A DNA stretch of 63,622 nt, filler included, from Octopus bimaculoides (Eukaryota), in assembly GCF_001194135.2 (NCBI RefSeq). It is 9 parts of 5 records of this genome, joined end to end, with 100 filler letters (N's around TTAATTAATTAA, not from the genome) between each part and the next. Parts side by side here need not be neighbours in the genome. Positions count along the whole stretch, not along the records: positions 35,542 to 43,321 come from NC_068983.1; positions 43,422 to 46,130 come from NC_068987.1; positions 46,231 to 56,395 come from NC_068987.1; 6 more parts are not named here. One strand, given 5' to 3'. The position numbers and the translations under genes are program-made. The notes below the pieces were generated by a model. That model did no database searches, was not told where the DNA came from, and was given only the letters and a program-made list of their open reading frames with translations. Positions 40,041 through 52,712 of this stretch are shown one piece after another; within the stretch, counting starts at the first letter, position 1; the number at the start of each line of letters is the position of its first letter.

Positions 40041-42351
40041 TCAAAAGCAAAAAATGTCTGATCTACCTAGTTATAAGTGTGTGCTGTGCAGAAGTGTAAC
40101 CCGTTTCCTTAAACAGCAGTAGCATTCTTGATGTGATGAAGCAGCGTTTCAGAAGCAATGGGAACAGCTACCTGCTGCAGACCGAAATCATATCCTAGAG
40201 AGATGGGTAGATTTATCACGCCTTCACTTAATACTTGGAAAACTACAGTCAAGTGCTAAACTGTAGCACTTACATGAGTGCCTTACGGGGTTTTGTTTCT
40301 TTCCTTTATACTCCAAATTAAAATCCAAGCGGGTTTTCACTAAGCATTTCATACCTACAAAGTCGATAATATACATACATGATCAGGAATCGACATTATC
40401 GACAGCACAGCTTTGCTGAAAAATTAGTATACCATGCCAATATAGAGCATACCGTGCCAATATAGATCAATAATAATAGTGCCGACACCGCCGTCTGGAA
40501 TAAATGAACAAATTTCCAGATTCTATATCAAGCATATACATCTATCCGCTCTGCTATCAAGATGTGACAACTACAGCGTTCATGACCTAAGAAATGGGAG
40601 ATAAAAAAAAAAGTAACAAGACCACCGTCCAAGGGAGGTAATATACATTTTTCTGTATTTGTCAGGAGATAAATAGAAATGAAATATTATTGTTAGCCCG
40701 ACCATTCCCAAATGTAATGATAAATAAAATTGTAGGATATTGTTTAACTCCTTTAATAAATTAATAAATCAATAGTATTTTTCTGTCTTCCCGTATATTA
40801 TACAATATGATAATATGTAATATATTCATCGAAATTTAGTGAAAGAAATTGTTCACTAAATCTCATTGCACAATAGCTACACCACAGTAATTCAAAATAT
40901 TAATTTTTGACTAATGTTATCCTCAGAACCAATATTATATCCTTAGACCAATATTATCCTTAGAATCCTTAGTTTGATTTGTGCTGCATCGCACATCAAT
41001 CCATCCTTGCCCACCATTTATGTCTCTTTGCTGCAGAGGTTATCATGCGCTTATTATGACGGATTTTGTAGCTCGTTCCTAATTCAGCCTTCTTTTTTTT
41101 ATTCGAACTTGGGACAGACTGCTATCCTCGTTTGAATGAAATTAACTGTGAGGAGATCAGCAGATTCTGAGTGGGAAAGAAGCTGGTGTCTAGATCTACA
41201 CCAGTATTTGATTGGTACTTTATTCATCGAGCCTGGAAGTATGGAAGTCAAAGTTGGCTTTGGTGAGGTTTTAACTAAGAACGCAAAGAACTGAAAAAAT
41301 ACCTCAAAACATTTGTTCGATGCTGTATCGATTTTGTTCTCAAATCCGAGACTTCGATACTGCTACACATGCACATGCATCTTAAATGGCAAACAAAGAA
41401 AAACTAACCCGCTAATTAGCAAATCCCACCTCATCAACACATAACATCCTCTAGTACACTGACATGGTGTGCATATATATATATATATATGTATATANNN
41501 NNNNNNNNNNNNNNNNNNNNNNNNNNNNNNNNNNNNNNNNNNNNNNNNNNNNNNNNNNNNNNNNNNNNNNNNNNNNNNNNNNNNNNNNNNNNNNNNNNNN
41601 NNNNNNNNNNNNNNNNNNNNNNNNNNNNNNNNNNNNNNNNNNNNNNNNNNNNNNNNNNNNNNNNNNNNNNNNNNNNNNNNNNNNNNNNNNNNNNNNNNNN
41701 NNNNNNNNNNNNNNNNNNNNNNNNNNNNNNNNNNNNNNNNNNNNNNNNNNNNNNNNNNNNNNNNNNNNNNNNNNNNNNNNNNNNNNNNNNNNNNNNNNNN
41801 NNNNNNNNNNNNNNNNNNNNNNNNNNNNNNNNNNNNNNNNNNNNNNNNNNNNNNNNNNNNNNNNNNNNNNNNNNNNNNNNNNNNNNNNNNNNNNNNNNNN
41901 NNNNNNNNNNNNNNNNNNNNNNNNNNNNNNNNNNNNNNNNNNNNNNNNNNNNNNNNNNNNNNNTATATATCTCACTTCGAGCTCTTGTACTGTTCTGCAA
42001 AACTTCCGGTTAAATAGTTCAACACCACACACCTCCCCTTCTATTCAACGTCACTGTACCTCACTATCCACAAACCGTGCAACAAACAATTCGTAAATCT
42101 CGGAATTGTATCCGCTGAAATATCCTTTTCTGCTCGCACGCTGTGTCGGATTACACCGACCTTCATCCAGCAAATATATGACCAAAAATATTACACCGAT
42201 GACCAACTTGTTTAAAACAATTTTTAAAAAATAAAATGCGATTTACTTTGTACTGCATTATCTTGGATACATGTCTCATTTTTAAGACGGCAGGGTATGA
42301 TTCGAAAGAAATTTAGCTGTTATTGCTAACAGATTCAGTGACATCATAGAG

Positions 42352-42680
42352 CAGGCCTGGTCAACTCGAATTACATTGCGGGCCCAGTTTTATTACAGAA
42401 AGTTTTTTGTATACTTTATGCACTAATTGTATACTTTATGCACTAATTCTCATGCTTTTATTATGATAATGAATGAATGATCGTTGGTTCAACATGAAAT
42501 ATTATCGTTGCATAAACAGTAGTATCTTTCTTTTTTACATTTCATTACAATCTTCAACTTTTGATAAAAATTTTAAAACGTTTGTTTAAATAAACCCATT
42601 TCAAGAAAGCATCAAGCGGGCCGCAAGATAAAAGTCTGCGAACTAAATGCGGCCCGCGGGCCTCAGGCTGGTCAGTCGTA
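42352..42680. mobile_element. hAT MITE with an 8-bp TSD
   Basis: Perfect 8-bp direct repeat TCATAGAG at 42344-42351 and 42681-42688. Left end CAGGCCTGGTCAAC and subterminal GCGGCCCGCGGGCC. Confidence 0.88.
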
Positions 42681-42741
42681 TCATAGAGGCTCTCGTTTTT
42701 CAGACAAGCTATGACAGAAGTCAATATACAACATTAATTAA

Positions 42742-43172
42742 GGCAGCGAGCGGGTAGAATTGTCACCGCACCGGAAAAATTGCTTTGCAGCATTTCATTC
42801 GACTTTACGTTCCGAGTTTCCGGGGTTGACTTTACCTTTCATCTTTTCAGGGTCGATAAAATAAATACCAGTTGGACACTGACGTCGATTTAATCGACTT
42901 ACTCCTCTCCCGAAATTGCTGGGCTTGTACCAAAATTTGAAACCAATATTAAACATTAATTTAAGGCAGCGAGCAGGCAGAACCGTTAGCATGTCGGGCA
43001 AAATGCTTAGCAGCATTTCGTCCGTTTTTATGTTCTGAGTTCAAATTTCGCTGAGGTTGACTTGCCTTTCATCCTTTCGTGGTTCGATAAAATAAGTACT
43101 AGTTGAGCACTGGATATATTTAATCAATTTAGCCCCACCTCGCCCAAAAGATTGCGGGCCTTGTGCCAAAAT
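42742..43172 (+). mobile_element. Two head-to-tail tRNA-derived SINEs with a conserved central domain (Meta/MESC-like)
   Basis: Each has a GGCAGCGAGC.GG.AGAA head and a GACTT..CCTTTCATC.TTTC...G.TCGATAAAATAA.TAC.AGTTG domain. Units are about 42742-42955 and 42963-43172. Confidence 0.82.
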
Positions 43173-43586
43173 TTAAAACCAATACTATATTGTATTGTAT
43201 TATATTTTCAAAGTTTTTCAAGCGTGTTGAATACTTCTTTGGATTTACTGGCACCTTACCTGCATAAGTACATATATGTGAACTACTACTAAATTAATAG
43301 AAGGTACTAGCGTAGCTAGAGNNNNNNNNNNNNNNNNNNNNNNNNNNNNNNNNNNNNNNNNNNNNTTAATTAATTAANNNNNNNNNNNNNNNNNNNNNNN
43401 NNNNNNNNNNNNNNNNNNNNNGAAATGAATCCAGGAAGATGATCAACCCAATGCCCATGGATACTACAGACCACACTGTAATCATCCCAGGAATACAGAC
43501 CATGATCTTAAGAGACATGATTTGTGGAGATGTGCAGAGTGATGCATTAAATGTTTATAAATTCCCTCCAAGGATTATTATTAGTA

Positions 43587-43633
<47 letters not shown>

Positions 43634-43639
43634 TCCACT

Positions 43640-43930
43640 CTTTTTATGTGTTTCAACCACTGGATTGTGGGGTCATATTGAGGCACTACCTTGAAGTGTT
43701 TTCTCCATCAAACTGACCCCAGTACTCATTTTAAGTCTGGTATGTATAGTAATATAAACAAATCAATACTGGTTGTCAAGCAATGAGAAACAAACACAAG
43801 CACAACAATTTACACACACATATACACATGAAGGGTTGCTATACAGCTTCTGTCTATCAAATTCACTTACAAGATATTGTTTGGCTCAGAGTTGTTGTAA
43901 GAGGCACATAACCAAGACACAACATGGACA
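43640..43930 (-). mobile_element. Old CpG-decayed octopus-type SINE
   Basis: Aligns by eye to the 29111/34720 family. Confidence 0.65.
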
Positions 43931-43963
43931 AAACCACACAGCCATGCCAATGCAAAATCAAGA

Positions 43964-44002
<39 letters not shown>

Positions 44003-44055
44003 CGTGCGTGTGCGTGCGCATGTGTGTGTGTAACCGAGTGCTAGTTACATGCATG

Positions 44056-44385
44056 CATGTAACTGGCACTCAGTCGGTTATGATGATGATGAAGGTTCCA
44101 GTTGATTCAATCAGCAGAACAGCCTGATCATGAAATTAAAGTGCAAGTGGCTGAGCATCCCACAGACGTGCATATCCTTAAGACAGTTCTTAGGGAGATT
44201 CAGCATGACACAGAATGTGACAAGGTTGGCACTTTGAAATACAGATGCTTACTCATTTTTACCAGCTGAGTGGACTGGAGCAGCATAAAATAAAGTGGAT
44301 TGCTGAACAACACGTCACTGGGAATTGAACTCACAACCTTACGATTGTGAGCCAAATACCCAAACCACTAAGCCACGTGCCTTCA
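44056..44385 (-). mobile_element. OR-type tRNA-derived SINE (CpG-decayed) with a palindromic 3' junction
   Basis: Same body as the 28266-28629 copy (GGTTCCAGTTGAT...GTGCAAGTGGCTGAGCA...GTGACAAGG). Confidence 0.8.
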
Positions 44386-45726
44386 TGTATGCATGTATGT
44401 ATGTATGTATTCTGGAAGATAAATCACAACATTTTATCTGTCTGACACCCCTACTCATTTTTTTCAGGAATTCTTTATAGTACCTTTGTAACTGAATACA
44501 TAGGAAAAGTAAGCATTTATGATGAGATAGCAAGATAATCTTTAATACCACAAGGATAACTGGCTCTGATTTTTAAGTAATCTAAAGAGAAAGGAGTAAA
44601 TGAAAGGTACTAGTGCTCAGAGATGGGATTACACAACTCTATCAGCGCAAGTATCAAAGATTAGATTAGTATTTAAGACATCTTTTGGCAGAGAATTGAA
44701 ATGTAACCAACATACCTGGGAATAAATAATCAGATACAGCAGATAATATTTTATTAAGTAGGGTAGAATTTAATTGCAAAACACCTGTTGAGACTGAATA
44801 GTTTGGTGAGTAATTCCTTAACTTTAAATTCAAATCGTACTTAAGTTCAAATTATATTTTGAGCTCAAATCATACTTGAGTTCAAATCACAGTTAACCCA
44901 TTTGTTACTAAATTTCTGTAGAAATAGACTTCCTTTATTTCAATTAATTTTGAAAATAATGAAGAATTTAGTAAAATATCTTGTTGTTTGGAACATAAAT
45001 AAATATGATATTTTGATGTGGGGTTTTAATTTAGATCACTTTAATGCAATGTGTTTGCATCATAGAACCAAGGATGTGTTGGTATTAAAAAGGTTAAATT
45101 GTTCAATAACAGCATCATTAGAATTCTTTTAGTTTCCATCTACAAAATCTACTCACAAGGCTTTGGTTGGTCAGCCCAAAGCTGTAGAAGACACCTCAAA
45201 GATGCTGCACAGTGTGACTGAACCTAAAAGAACACAGTCGGGAAGCAAGTTTTTCAACTACACTGCCACACATGTACCTATTAGCCATACCTGAATTTAT
45301 ATATATGTATGGATAGATTAAAATGAAAAAGAACATCTGGCATCACTGAAAAAAAAAATCATTTAATTTAGAGAATATAAACATATAGATATATGTTAAT
45401 ATTCTCGAATTCAAATGGTTTTTTCGAGTGATGCCAATTGTTTTGCTTTTTCATTTTTTACTTTAATCTATATCTACTCACTCAAGAAGAAACTACTTGT
45501 AGCTGCCTTCAATGGGCAGTTCCAACACCACCCTTTTCAATTGCAGTTTAAGCCAGAGTTCTAGTGGTAAACCAAATTGAGCACTCATAGTACATACATA
45601 TATAAAGAATACACCAAAAAAATGTATACACACTTCAAGAAGGAAAAGTTTATTTGGTATCTGACTTTAACACATTTCTCCGATAGCCTGATTAACTCCC
45701 TAGCAGTTGCGAACTTGGCCTGGCCT

Positions 45727-45775
<49 letters not shown>

Positions 45776-46029
45776 TATATATATATGAATCAATGGAGGG
45801 ACAGATATAGATACATGTCTACATAAATATACATGCCTACCACACACCTACACACACATGCACTCTAAATTCAACTATGGATTGAGAGTAATGAAACACA
45901 ATTCATTGAGACATAAACAAACAATATTATACCTATGTACTATTCTTGGATAAAGCAAATTTAAATGAGTAGCAGAATTCTATAATAACAAGACATTAAA
46001 ATGCAGCCAATGTAGGGAAATACATATAC

Positions 46030-46130
<101 letters not shown>

Positions 46131-46230
46131 NNNNNNNNNNNNNNNNNNNNNNNNNNNNNNNNNNNNNNNNNNNNTTAATTAATTAANNNNNNNNNNNNNN
46201 NNNNNNNNNNNNNNNNNNNNNNNNNNNNNN

Positions 46231-46945
46231 AAAGTGTCACATCCTAGCAGTTGAGGGTACTTGTGGAAGAGGTAGGCCCAGGAAGACCTGGGATGAGGTC
46301 GTGAGGCATGACCTTCGAACATTGGGCCTCGCTAAGTTCACTGAGGCGATGACTTCTGACCAAGACCTTTGGAAATATGCTGTGCGTGAGAAAACCCGGC
46401 AAGCCAAGTGAGACCTGTAGCCAGCCCACGTACCTTCCTTCACTAAACTCCGCTTGCGAAGACCTGTTGAGGCAAGTGAAATCGAAATCGAACTAAATTT
46501 GACGACTGGCACCCATGCCAACGTTGTCTCCTTCATTGGACACGAAACTCGGCTTGCGAAGACCTGTTGGGGCAAGCGAAAGTGAAATCGTGATGGCACC
46601 TGTGCCCAGCATCGCCTTCCTTGCACTTGTGCCGGTGGCACGTGTAAGGACATTCGAGCGGGATCGTTGCCAGTGCCGCTGGACTGGCTCTTGTGCAGGT
46701 GGCACGTAAAATACACCATTTTGAGCATGGCCGTTGCCAGTACCGCCTGACTGGCCTTCGTGCCGGTGGCATGTAAAAGCACCCACTACACTCTCTGAGT
46801 GGTTGGTGTTAGGAAGGGCATCCAGCTGTAGAAACTCTGCCAAATCTGATTGGAGCCTGGTGTAGCCATCTGATTCACCAGTCCTCAGTCAAATCGTCCA
46901 ACCCATGCTAGCATGGAAAGCGAACATTAAACGATGATGATGATA
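46231..46945 (+). mobile_element. RTE LINE 3' end (ORF2 C-terminus + 3' UTR + (GAT)n)
   Basis: KCHILAVEGTCGRGRPRKTWDEVVRHDLRTLGL...DLWKYAVREKTRQAK*; GRPRKTW is the RTE/CR1-type C-terminal motif. Confidence 0.92.
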
Positions 46946-47086
46946 TGTATATACACACACATACATATATATGTGTACATATTACATATTTATATATATA
47001 TACATACACATATATACACATATGTGCAGATGTATACATATGTATATACATAATATATATATGTATGTATATGAGATATATATGAG

Positions 47087-47388
47087 ACAGTAGTTTCACT
47101 TTAATAGTTTCAGTATTAATAGTGAAACTATTAAACTGAAAGTATCTCACATTACAATAGAGAGATGTTATTTCACTTTTGACATGTAATATTGAAATAG
47201 TGTGAGAGATAAGAGATTGCTCCCAGCTCACATGAGGCAAGAAGTTGAAAATTTTTTTATCCATGACACTGCATCAACCCTCAGTAAGGCACGTGTAAAA
47301 TTTGAATGAAATCGGTTGGGTAGTTCTCGAGTTTTAGGGATTCACACAGTGACAGACAGACACACATTCTCAGTTTTATATATTAAGA
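47087..47388 (-). mobile_element. Non-autonomous Helitron 5' portion
   Basis: Minus strand begins A|TCTTAATATATAAAA...GTGTCTGTCTGTC...ACCGATTTCATTCAAATTTT, the usual non-autonomous Helitron 5' layout. No CTRR end was found. Confidence 0.6.
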
Positions 47389-48886
47389 TTACATTTTCCT
47401 GCATGCACAGATGTTTTGCTTTGTTTTAAAAATATTTGCTCTCTGTATCACACCTGCATGCTTACACACACTTACACCACTGATGCTTTCATGTGTGCTC
47501 TCACTTGCTCTCCACTCCATTGAAAGACCACTTCTATAGAATTGCATATCTCTTTCAACGTACCAGCAATTTACATTTATGCTTCTGCCTAGGTGTATGT
47601 GCATCACCTAGCATATATTGTACATGCCACCTCTGAACGGTGATTTTTTGCTTTACATTTTTTTATTTCTTTCATTTCACATGTTTTTGACATGTATTCA
47701 TTTGTTTGTAAATGTGACTGTGTATACATTTTCTGCATTACACCAAATCATGCATTTTCATTTTCACACACCTTTGTATCGTTCAATCTCTTTGGCTTTC
47801 TCACTGTAAGGTGGATAGTGTAAAAACTAACATTTCATTTTCCAAGCTGAGATTTGAAACCAGATCTAAGGATTCTCACTTGCCTGATCCACCACTGGCC
47901 AAACAGGTGCGAAAGAAATTTCTTTGTCTTGTCAAAAAGTGATGGATGGATTTCCATTCGACCTCCGACCCGAGCTGTGTTACTGAAGATTCAACTGGAC
48001 AGCAGGTAACCTAGATAAGTAGAAACTACTCGTATGGTACATCTATTCTTCTTCTCTAGGATGACTGTTATAAATACGGTTTCCTTAGGCACAAGATAAA
48101 CAGACAGCTTGCAACAGTCAAACAGCCAACAGAGAGCCACATAGCGAACAGTGATAGCCAATGACACAACATAGTAGCAGAACACAGACAGACAGGACAG
48201 AAAAACACCATGATCCAACCAAATGACCAATGCACACACACGCACAAAATATGCCATGTACTTTCTCATCAAATCAACATTCTACTCCTGTTGTTTTTTT
48301 TTTACTTTGCCAACTTGAAGGAGTTGGTAACTTCATGTAGCTGCTTTCATTGATATTGTAAATTAAACTTTGTGTATCCAAAATGTAAATGCAAGTGTTG
48401 ATCAAATGAATTATTTAAACTACATTCCAATGCTTTCCTCATTGTTTTACTTTGATGTCGTCCAGCATGCCTATCTCCATCTGCTACATCCGACAACGTA
48501 CATTGAATTATCAACAAAACCTTTTGCTACCCATCCCATTACAAATCTATCCAACGCAGGGGAGGGTGTGAGAAAGAAGTAATAAGATGAAGTGGAAGGA
48601 TGTCGAGCCTCTTTAACATGATGATGCTGGATTTTAAAAACAAATTATGCTACGCCATTGTGTAAAGTGCCATCATTCAACTCCTCTTTTTTATCTCTTC
48701 TTTTTGTAAAGTGAAAGTAAAGTTGATGACACTGGCAATTTGGTTTTGTCACTCACAGTTCTAACTTCAAATACCTTCAAATTACAATAACAATTAGAAC
48801 CAAATTGAGAAATATTTTATTTCCCATATTTCATATCGTTTATTTTTAATTCTTGTTCATTTAAATTTCATTTTATATTTTATTAG

Positions 48887-48972
48887 AATTTGAAATTGTG
48901 CACATGGATGAATTCATAGATGAGCTTTTGAGAGAAGAGAGAATTTATGACATTATTTTGCCCCGCATTCAG
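48887..48972 (+). CDS. PRPF38A: PRPF38A internal exon (equivalent to vertebrate exon 4), 86 nt
   Basis: Acceptor ttttattag and donor CAG|gtaatc. Encodes (E)FEIVHMDEFIDELLREERIYDIILPRIQ, matching the Prp38A motif EFELMHVDEFIDELLHSERVCDIILPRLQ recalled from human. Confidence 0.96.
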
Positions 48973-48984
48973 GTAATCATCATC

Positions 48985-49370
48985 ATCATCATTTAATGAC
49001 CATTTTCCATCCTGGTATGGGTTGGACAGTTTGACAGGAGCCAACAAGTCTGAAGACATCATGCTCCAGCTAGATACCCTTTCTTATGCCAATGCCAACC
49101 ACTTTACTGCATCTACTGGGTACTTTTTTGTAGCATCATCACTAGTGAGGTTGTTATGCAGCCTGCAAGACTAGAATCTTCTTTGACTAAGTAGAGCTAC
49201 AGTAGGGTTCTAAATGGTTTTATGCTATGGAATGAGGGACTAAAGTGTGAGTGAAGGGGCCCAGAACAAAACAGGTTTCTTGCTTCTGAGAAGGTATATG
49301 ACTACTCACATTATAGAAGAGAGGGTGAAGTGCCTGGAATAGATCTGGAAAGAGATGAAAATATAACTTC
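48985..49370 (-). mobile_element. RTE-type 3' UTR variant in the PRPF38A intron
   Basis: (CAT)n followed by ATGGGTTGGACAGTTTGACAGGAGC, as in the 54980 copy. Confidence 0.65.
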
Positions 49371-49629
49371 TTGATAAATAATTAAAGTCTAAATATCATC
49401 ATTATCATCATTGTTTTTCATCCACATTTCCTTGCTTGCATAAGTTAGATAGAATTTATTAAGGCAGATTTTCTGCAGTCAAATGCCCTTCATGCTGTCA
49501 ATTCACAGCTGTTTCTAGGCAAGGTATTATTTCCCCATAGCCAGAAGATTAGAAATAAAGACACCATTTCTATGACAAGGACACTCACTCTTAACTGTTG
49601 TGCAATGTCAAGACAAGAAGGACACATAC

Positions 49630-49895
49630 ATGTATGTGTATGTATGTAATGGACTTCTTTCAGTTTCAGTCTCCCATATCTACTCTTATGAATTTCATCA
49701 ACTGGAGGCCATAATAGAAGAGACACTTGTTCAAGGACCACACGGAGGGACTGAAGCAAAAACCATGTGGCAGTGGAAATCTTTTATCTTGTTTCAGTCA
49801 TTAGACTGTAGCCATACTGGGGCCCTACCTTGAAGAATTTTAGTTGAATCCCAGTACTTATTTTTTTAAAAGTACTGGTACTTATTCTATTGGTG
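49630..49895 (-). mobile_element. Fragmented octopus-type SINE
   Basis: Contains CTTCTTTCAGTTTC and TTAGACTGTAGCCATACTGGGG motifs of the family. Confidence 0.6.
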
Positions 49896-50559
49896 CAAAC
49901 TTCTCTAACCCTTTAGCATTTAACCTGGCCATATCTGGCCCAAATATTCTACCCACCAATATCCTTCTAAAATTAAACCATTGCATCATTGAAGTCTCAA
50001 AGCTACAATTTAATACATGATTAATTCAAAACAATGAATAAATAAGCATAACATCTGACAGAGTAATCTGAACACTAAAGGGCTAAAAACTTTTTATAAT
50101 TCTTCATTGTTGAATTGTTTTATTTGTTGGAATGATTTTTATGGCTGGATGCTCTGTCTGCCTATTATAACTGAATGCCCTACATACTGTAAAGTCAGAC
50201 AAACTGGAAAAGAGTCAGGTGGCTGTATTGTGCCAATGGCCAATGACTGCATATATATACATGAAAATTTATACAATGGCTGCATATGTATACATGAAAA
50301 AAAAAGGAAAATTCAGCAATTGAAAATACTTTAAAATTAATCTGAATAAATTTTATATTTAAATCTCTGAGATATGTTATTACAAGGAAAATTAAAATGT
50401 TCATGTACATGTAAATGATGACATTAAATAGTGTAGAAAATTGAAATTGTCCTTTGATGAAGTAAGCAATTACAAGTTTATTATTGAATTGACTAAATTA
50501 TAATGTCTTGAAGCTTGACTTAAAAAATACATGACAAAATTGTTATTTGTTTTTCACAG

Positions 50560-50661
50560 AAAAGGAATGTGCTAGAAGATACGAATCAATTAGAACCACG
50601 AATAAGTGCTTTAGAGGAAGACATTGAAGATGTAGAGTCTTCAGAAGAAGAAGAAATTATT
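50560..50661 (+). CDS. PRPF38A: PRPF38A internal exon (exon 5 equivalent), 102 nt
   Basis: Acceptor ttttcacag and donor ATT|gtaagt, phase 0/0. Encodes KRNVLEDTNQLEPRISALEEDIEDVESSEEEEII, matching human KRYVLEEAEQLEPRVSALEEDMDDVESSEEEE. Confidence 0.96.
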
Positions 50662-50829
50662 GTAAGTAATTGTTTCAGTTGTTATCTAAAAATAACAAAT
50701 GGTTGCTTACAACCATATCATGTTCTCATCTAGTCACCAAAGTTAAGCAACATTCAGCCTTGTTAGTTCTTTAGATGGATGAACATTTAGGAAACCTAAA
50801 TGCTGTAAAGCATCACTTTTTAGACATAG

Positions 50830-51085
50830 ACATGCCTCAGTGGTTAAGATGTTTGGTTTCCAACTACATGGTTTCAGGTTCAGTCCCACTGTCTGGTATC
50901 TTGGGCAAGTGTCTTCTACTATAGCTCTGAGTTGCCCAAAGCCTTGTGAGTGGACTTGGTTGGCAAAAACTGAAAGAAGCACGTTGCATACATACATATA
51001 TATGTGTGTGTATGTGTCCTTGTCTTGACATTGTATGTTACTTGTAAATATGTGTCACTGTCATACAAGTATTGTCATTCATTTC
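50830..51085 (+). mobile_element. Octopus-type tRNA-derived SINE head and body
   Basis: CAGTGGTTAAG...GGTTCAGTCCCACTG...CTTGGGCAAGTGTCTTCTACTATAGC. Confidence 0.8.
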
Positions 51086-51089
51086 CAAT

Positions 51090-51349
51090 AGTCCACCCAC
51101 ACTTAACATGAAAATTTTTCACACACTCTACCACAATACACCAAACTACATCTCTACTCTTCCTCATATTTCCACTTCATGCACTAGGCTTACGTCCCAC
51201 TCCCCAATCTTGTCCTCTTCGCTCTTGGCCCTGTGCCACTGTGTCATTACTCTCTGTTAGCTTCTGACTTGTATGTTCTACCGATGCCCCTTTCATTGTA
51301 TCATCGTGTATCCCCGGCACTCTGCCACCATCTCTATCCTGCTGTCTCC

Positions 51350-51395
<46 letters not shown>

Positions 51396-51930
51396 NNNNN
51401 NNNNNNNNNNNNNNNNNNNNNNNNNNNNNNNNNNNNNNNNNNNNNNNNNNCTCTCTCTCTCTCTCTCTCTCTCTCTCCCCTGCACTTCCCTCAGGTTGGG
51501 TAACCATGTATTTCCTTTGCAGCAGTGCACCTGTTTCTGTCTTCATTCCTGATCTCTCTCTCCCTGGCTGGGTAACCTTGTACCTTCTCTACAGCAAGAC
51601 ACCTCTTTCTGTCTTTCTGCCTCACTATAACCTTTCATCATCCAACACAAGATCACCTCCTCGAATGCCCCCTCCCCTCTCAAAAGAGTTTTTATTTTTT
51701 CTTGCAAGTACTTGGTGACCTTGTCAGTGCAGGTGCCACTTAAAAGAACCCTGTCCACACTGTAAAGTGGTTGGCATTTGGAAGGGCATCCAGCTGTAAA
51801 AACCTTGCCAAAACTGACCTTGCCTGTGCTTGTGCCATGTAAAAAGCACTAAGTCCACTCTGCTGAGTGGCTGGTGTTAGGAAGGGTCTCCAGCTGTAAA
51901 AAATCCTGCGAAAACAGTTACAGAAGTCTG
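51090..51930 (+). mobile_element. RTE 3' UTR variant with internal (CT)n
   Basis: GGAAGGGCATCCAGCTGTAAAA motif present twice; pyrimidine-rich leader similar to 52720-53420. Confidence 0.55.
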
Positions 51931-52049
51931 GTATTTTTATTCACAAAGAAGAATTTCCCTAACTTCATTTTTTAATTTTAAGGCTATTAAATGTGGAAAA
52001 TGCCCAGTGCAAACTATGGACACATAAATGGTGCAGTGGAATCACAGGA

Positions 52050-52712
52050 AGGCTAATGGATAATGTAGACTGTATGTGGATGATGCACAAGAGCAACAAA
52101 CACTAAGGAAACATGGGAAATAGATTTTCTCAAATGCCCTGGAAGTGGTTGATAGTTTCTGTATTTGGGTAATATAATTAGCAGTGATGGGGGATGTTCT
52201 GACAGTTCTCATTGCTAGAATAAGAATAGGATGGAGAAAGTTCAGAGAGCTATTATCCCTGTTGGCAACAAACATCTTTCTCTTTCTCTAAGTGAATGGC
52301 AAATTGTATGATACTTGTGTATGTACAACAATGCTCTATGGTCATGAGATGTAGGATCTGAATGCAGAGGGCATGTGAAAACTAGAGGAAGGAAACTAGT
52401 ATGCACCAATGGATGTGCAATGTCAGTGTGTTTGTATGACAAGGTGCTAATGTACTGAGAGAGAAATTATGCATAATCAGATGTAGTGTGCAAAAGAGAA
52501 GACTGCACTGATTTGGTCATGTGATGTGTTTGAATGAGGACAGCTGAATAAAGAAATACTAGTTGCTTAAAGTAGATAGATGTTGTAGAAGAAGGAGACC
52601 TCAGGAAGACATGGAATGAAGTAAAAATGCAGAGCTTCATGGATGCAATAACAAAGAACCAAGCTGATTTGTGATTTGCCGTGCTTGAGAAGACCCATTC
52701 ATAAGAGCAAAT
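52050..52712 (+). mobile_element. Degenerate RTE ORF2 C-terminal region
   Basis: EVVDSFC..., ARIRIGWRKFRELLSLLAT, RCSVQKRRLH*FGHVM and RPQEDMEW-like relics. Confidence 0.8.

Noticed and set aside
47976-48279. Possible solo LTR (TG...CA-bounded stretch of about 300 bp)
   Set aside because: No matching TSD, PBS or PPT on either side, and no second copy in the window.
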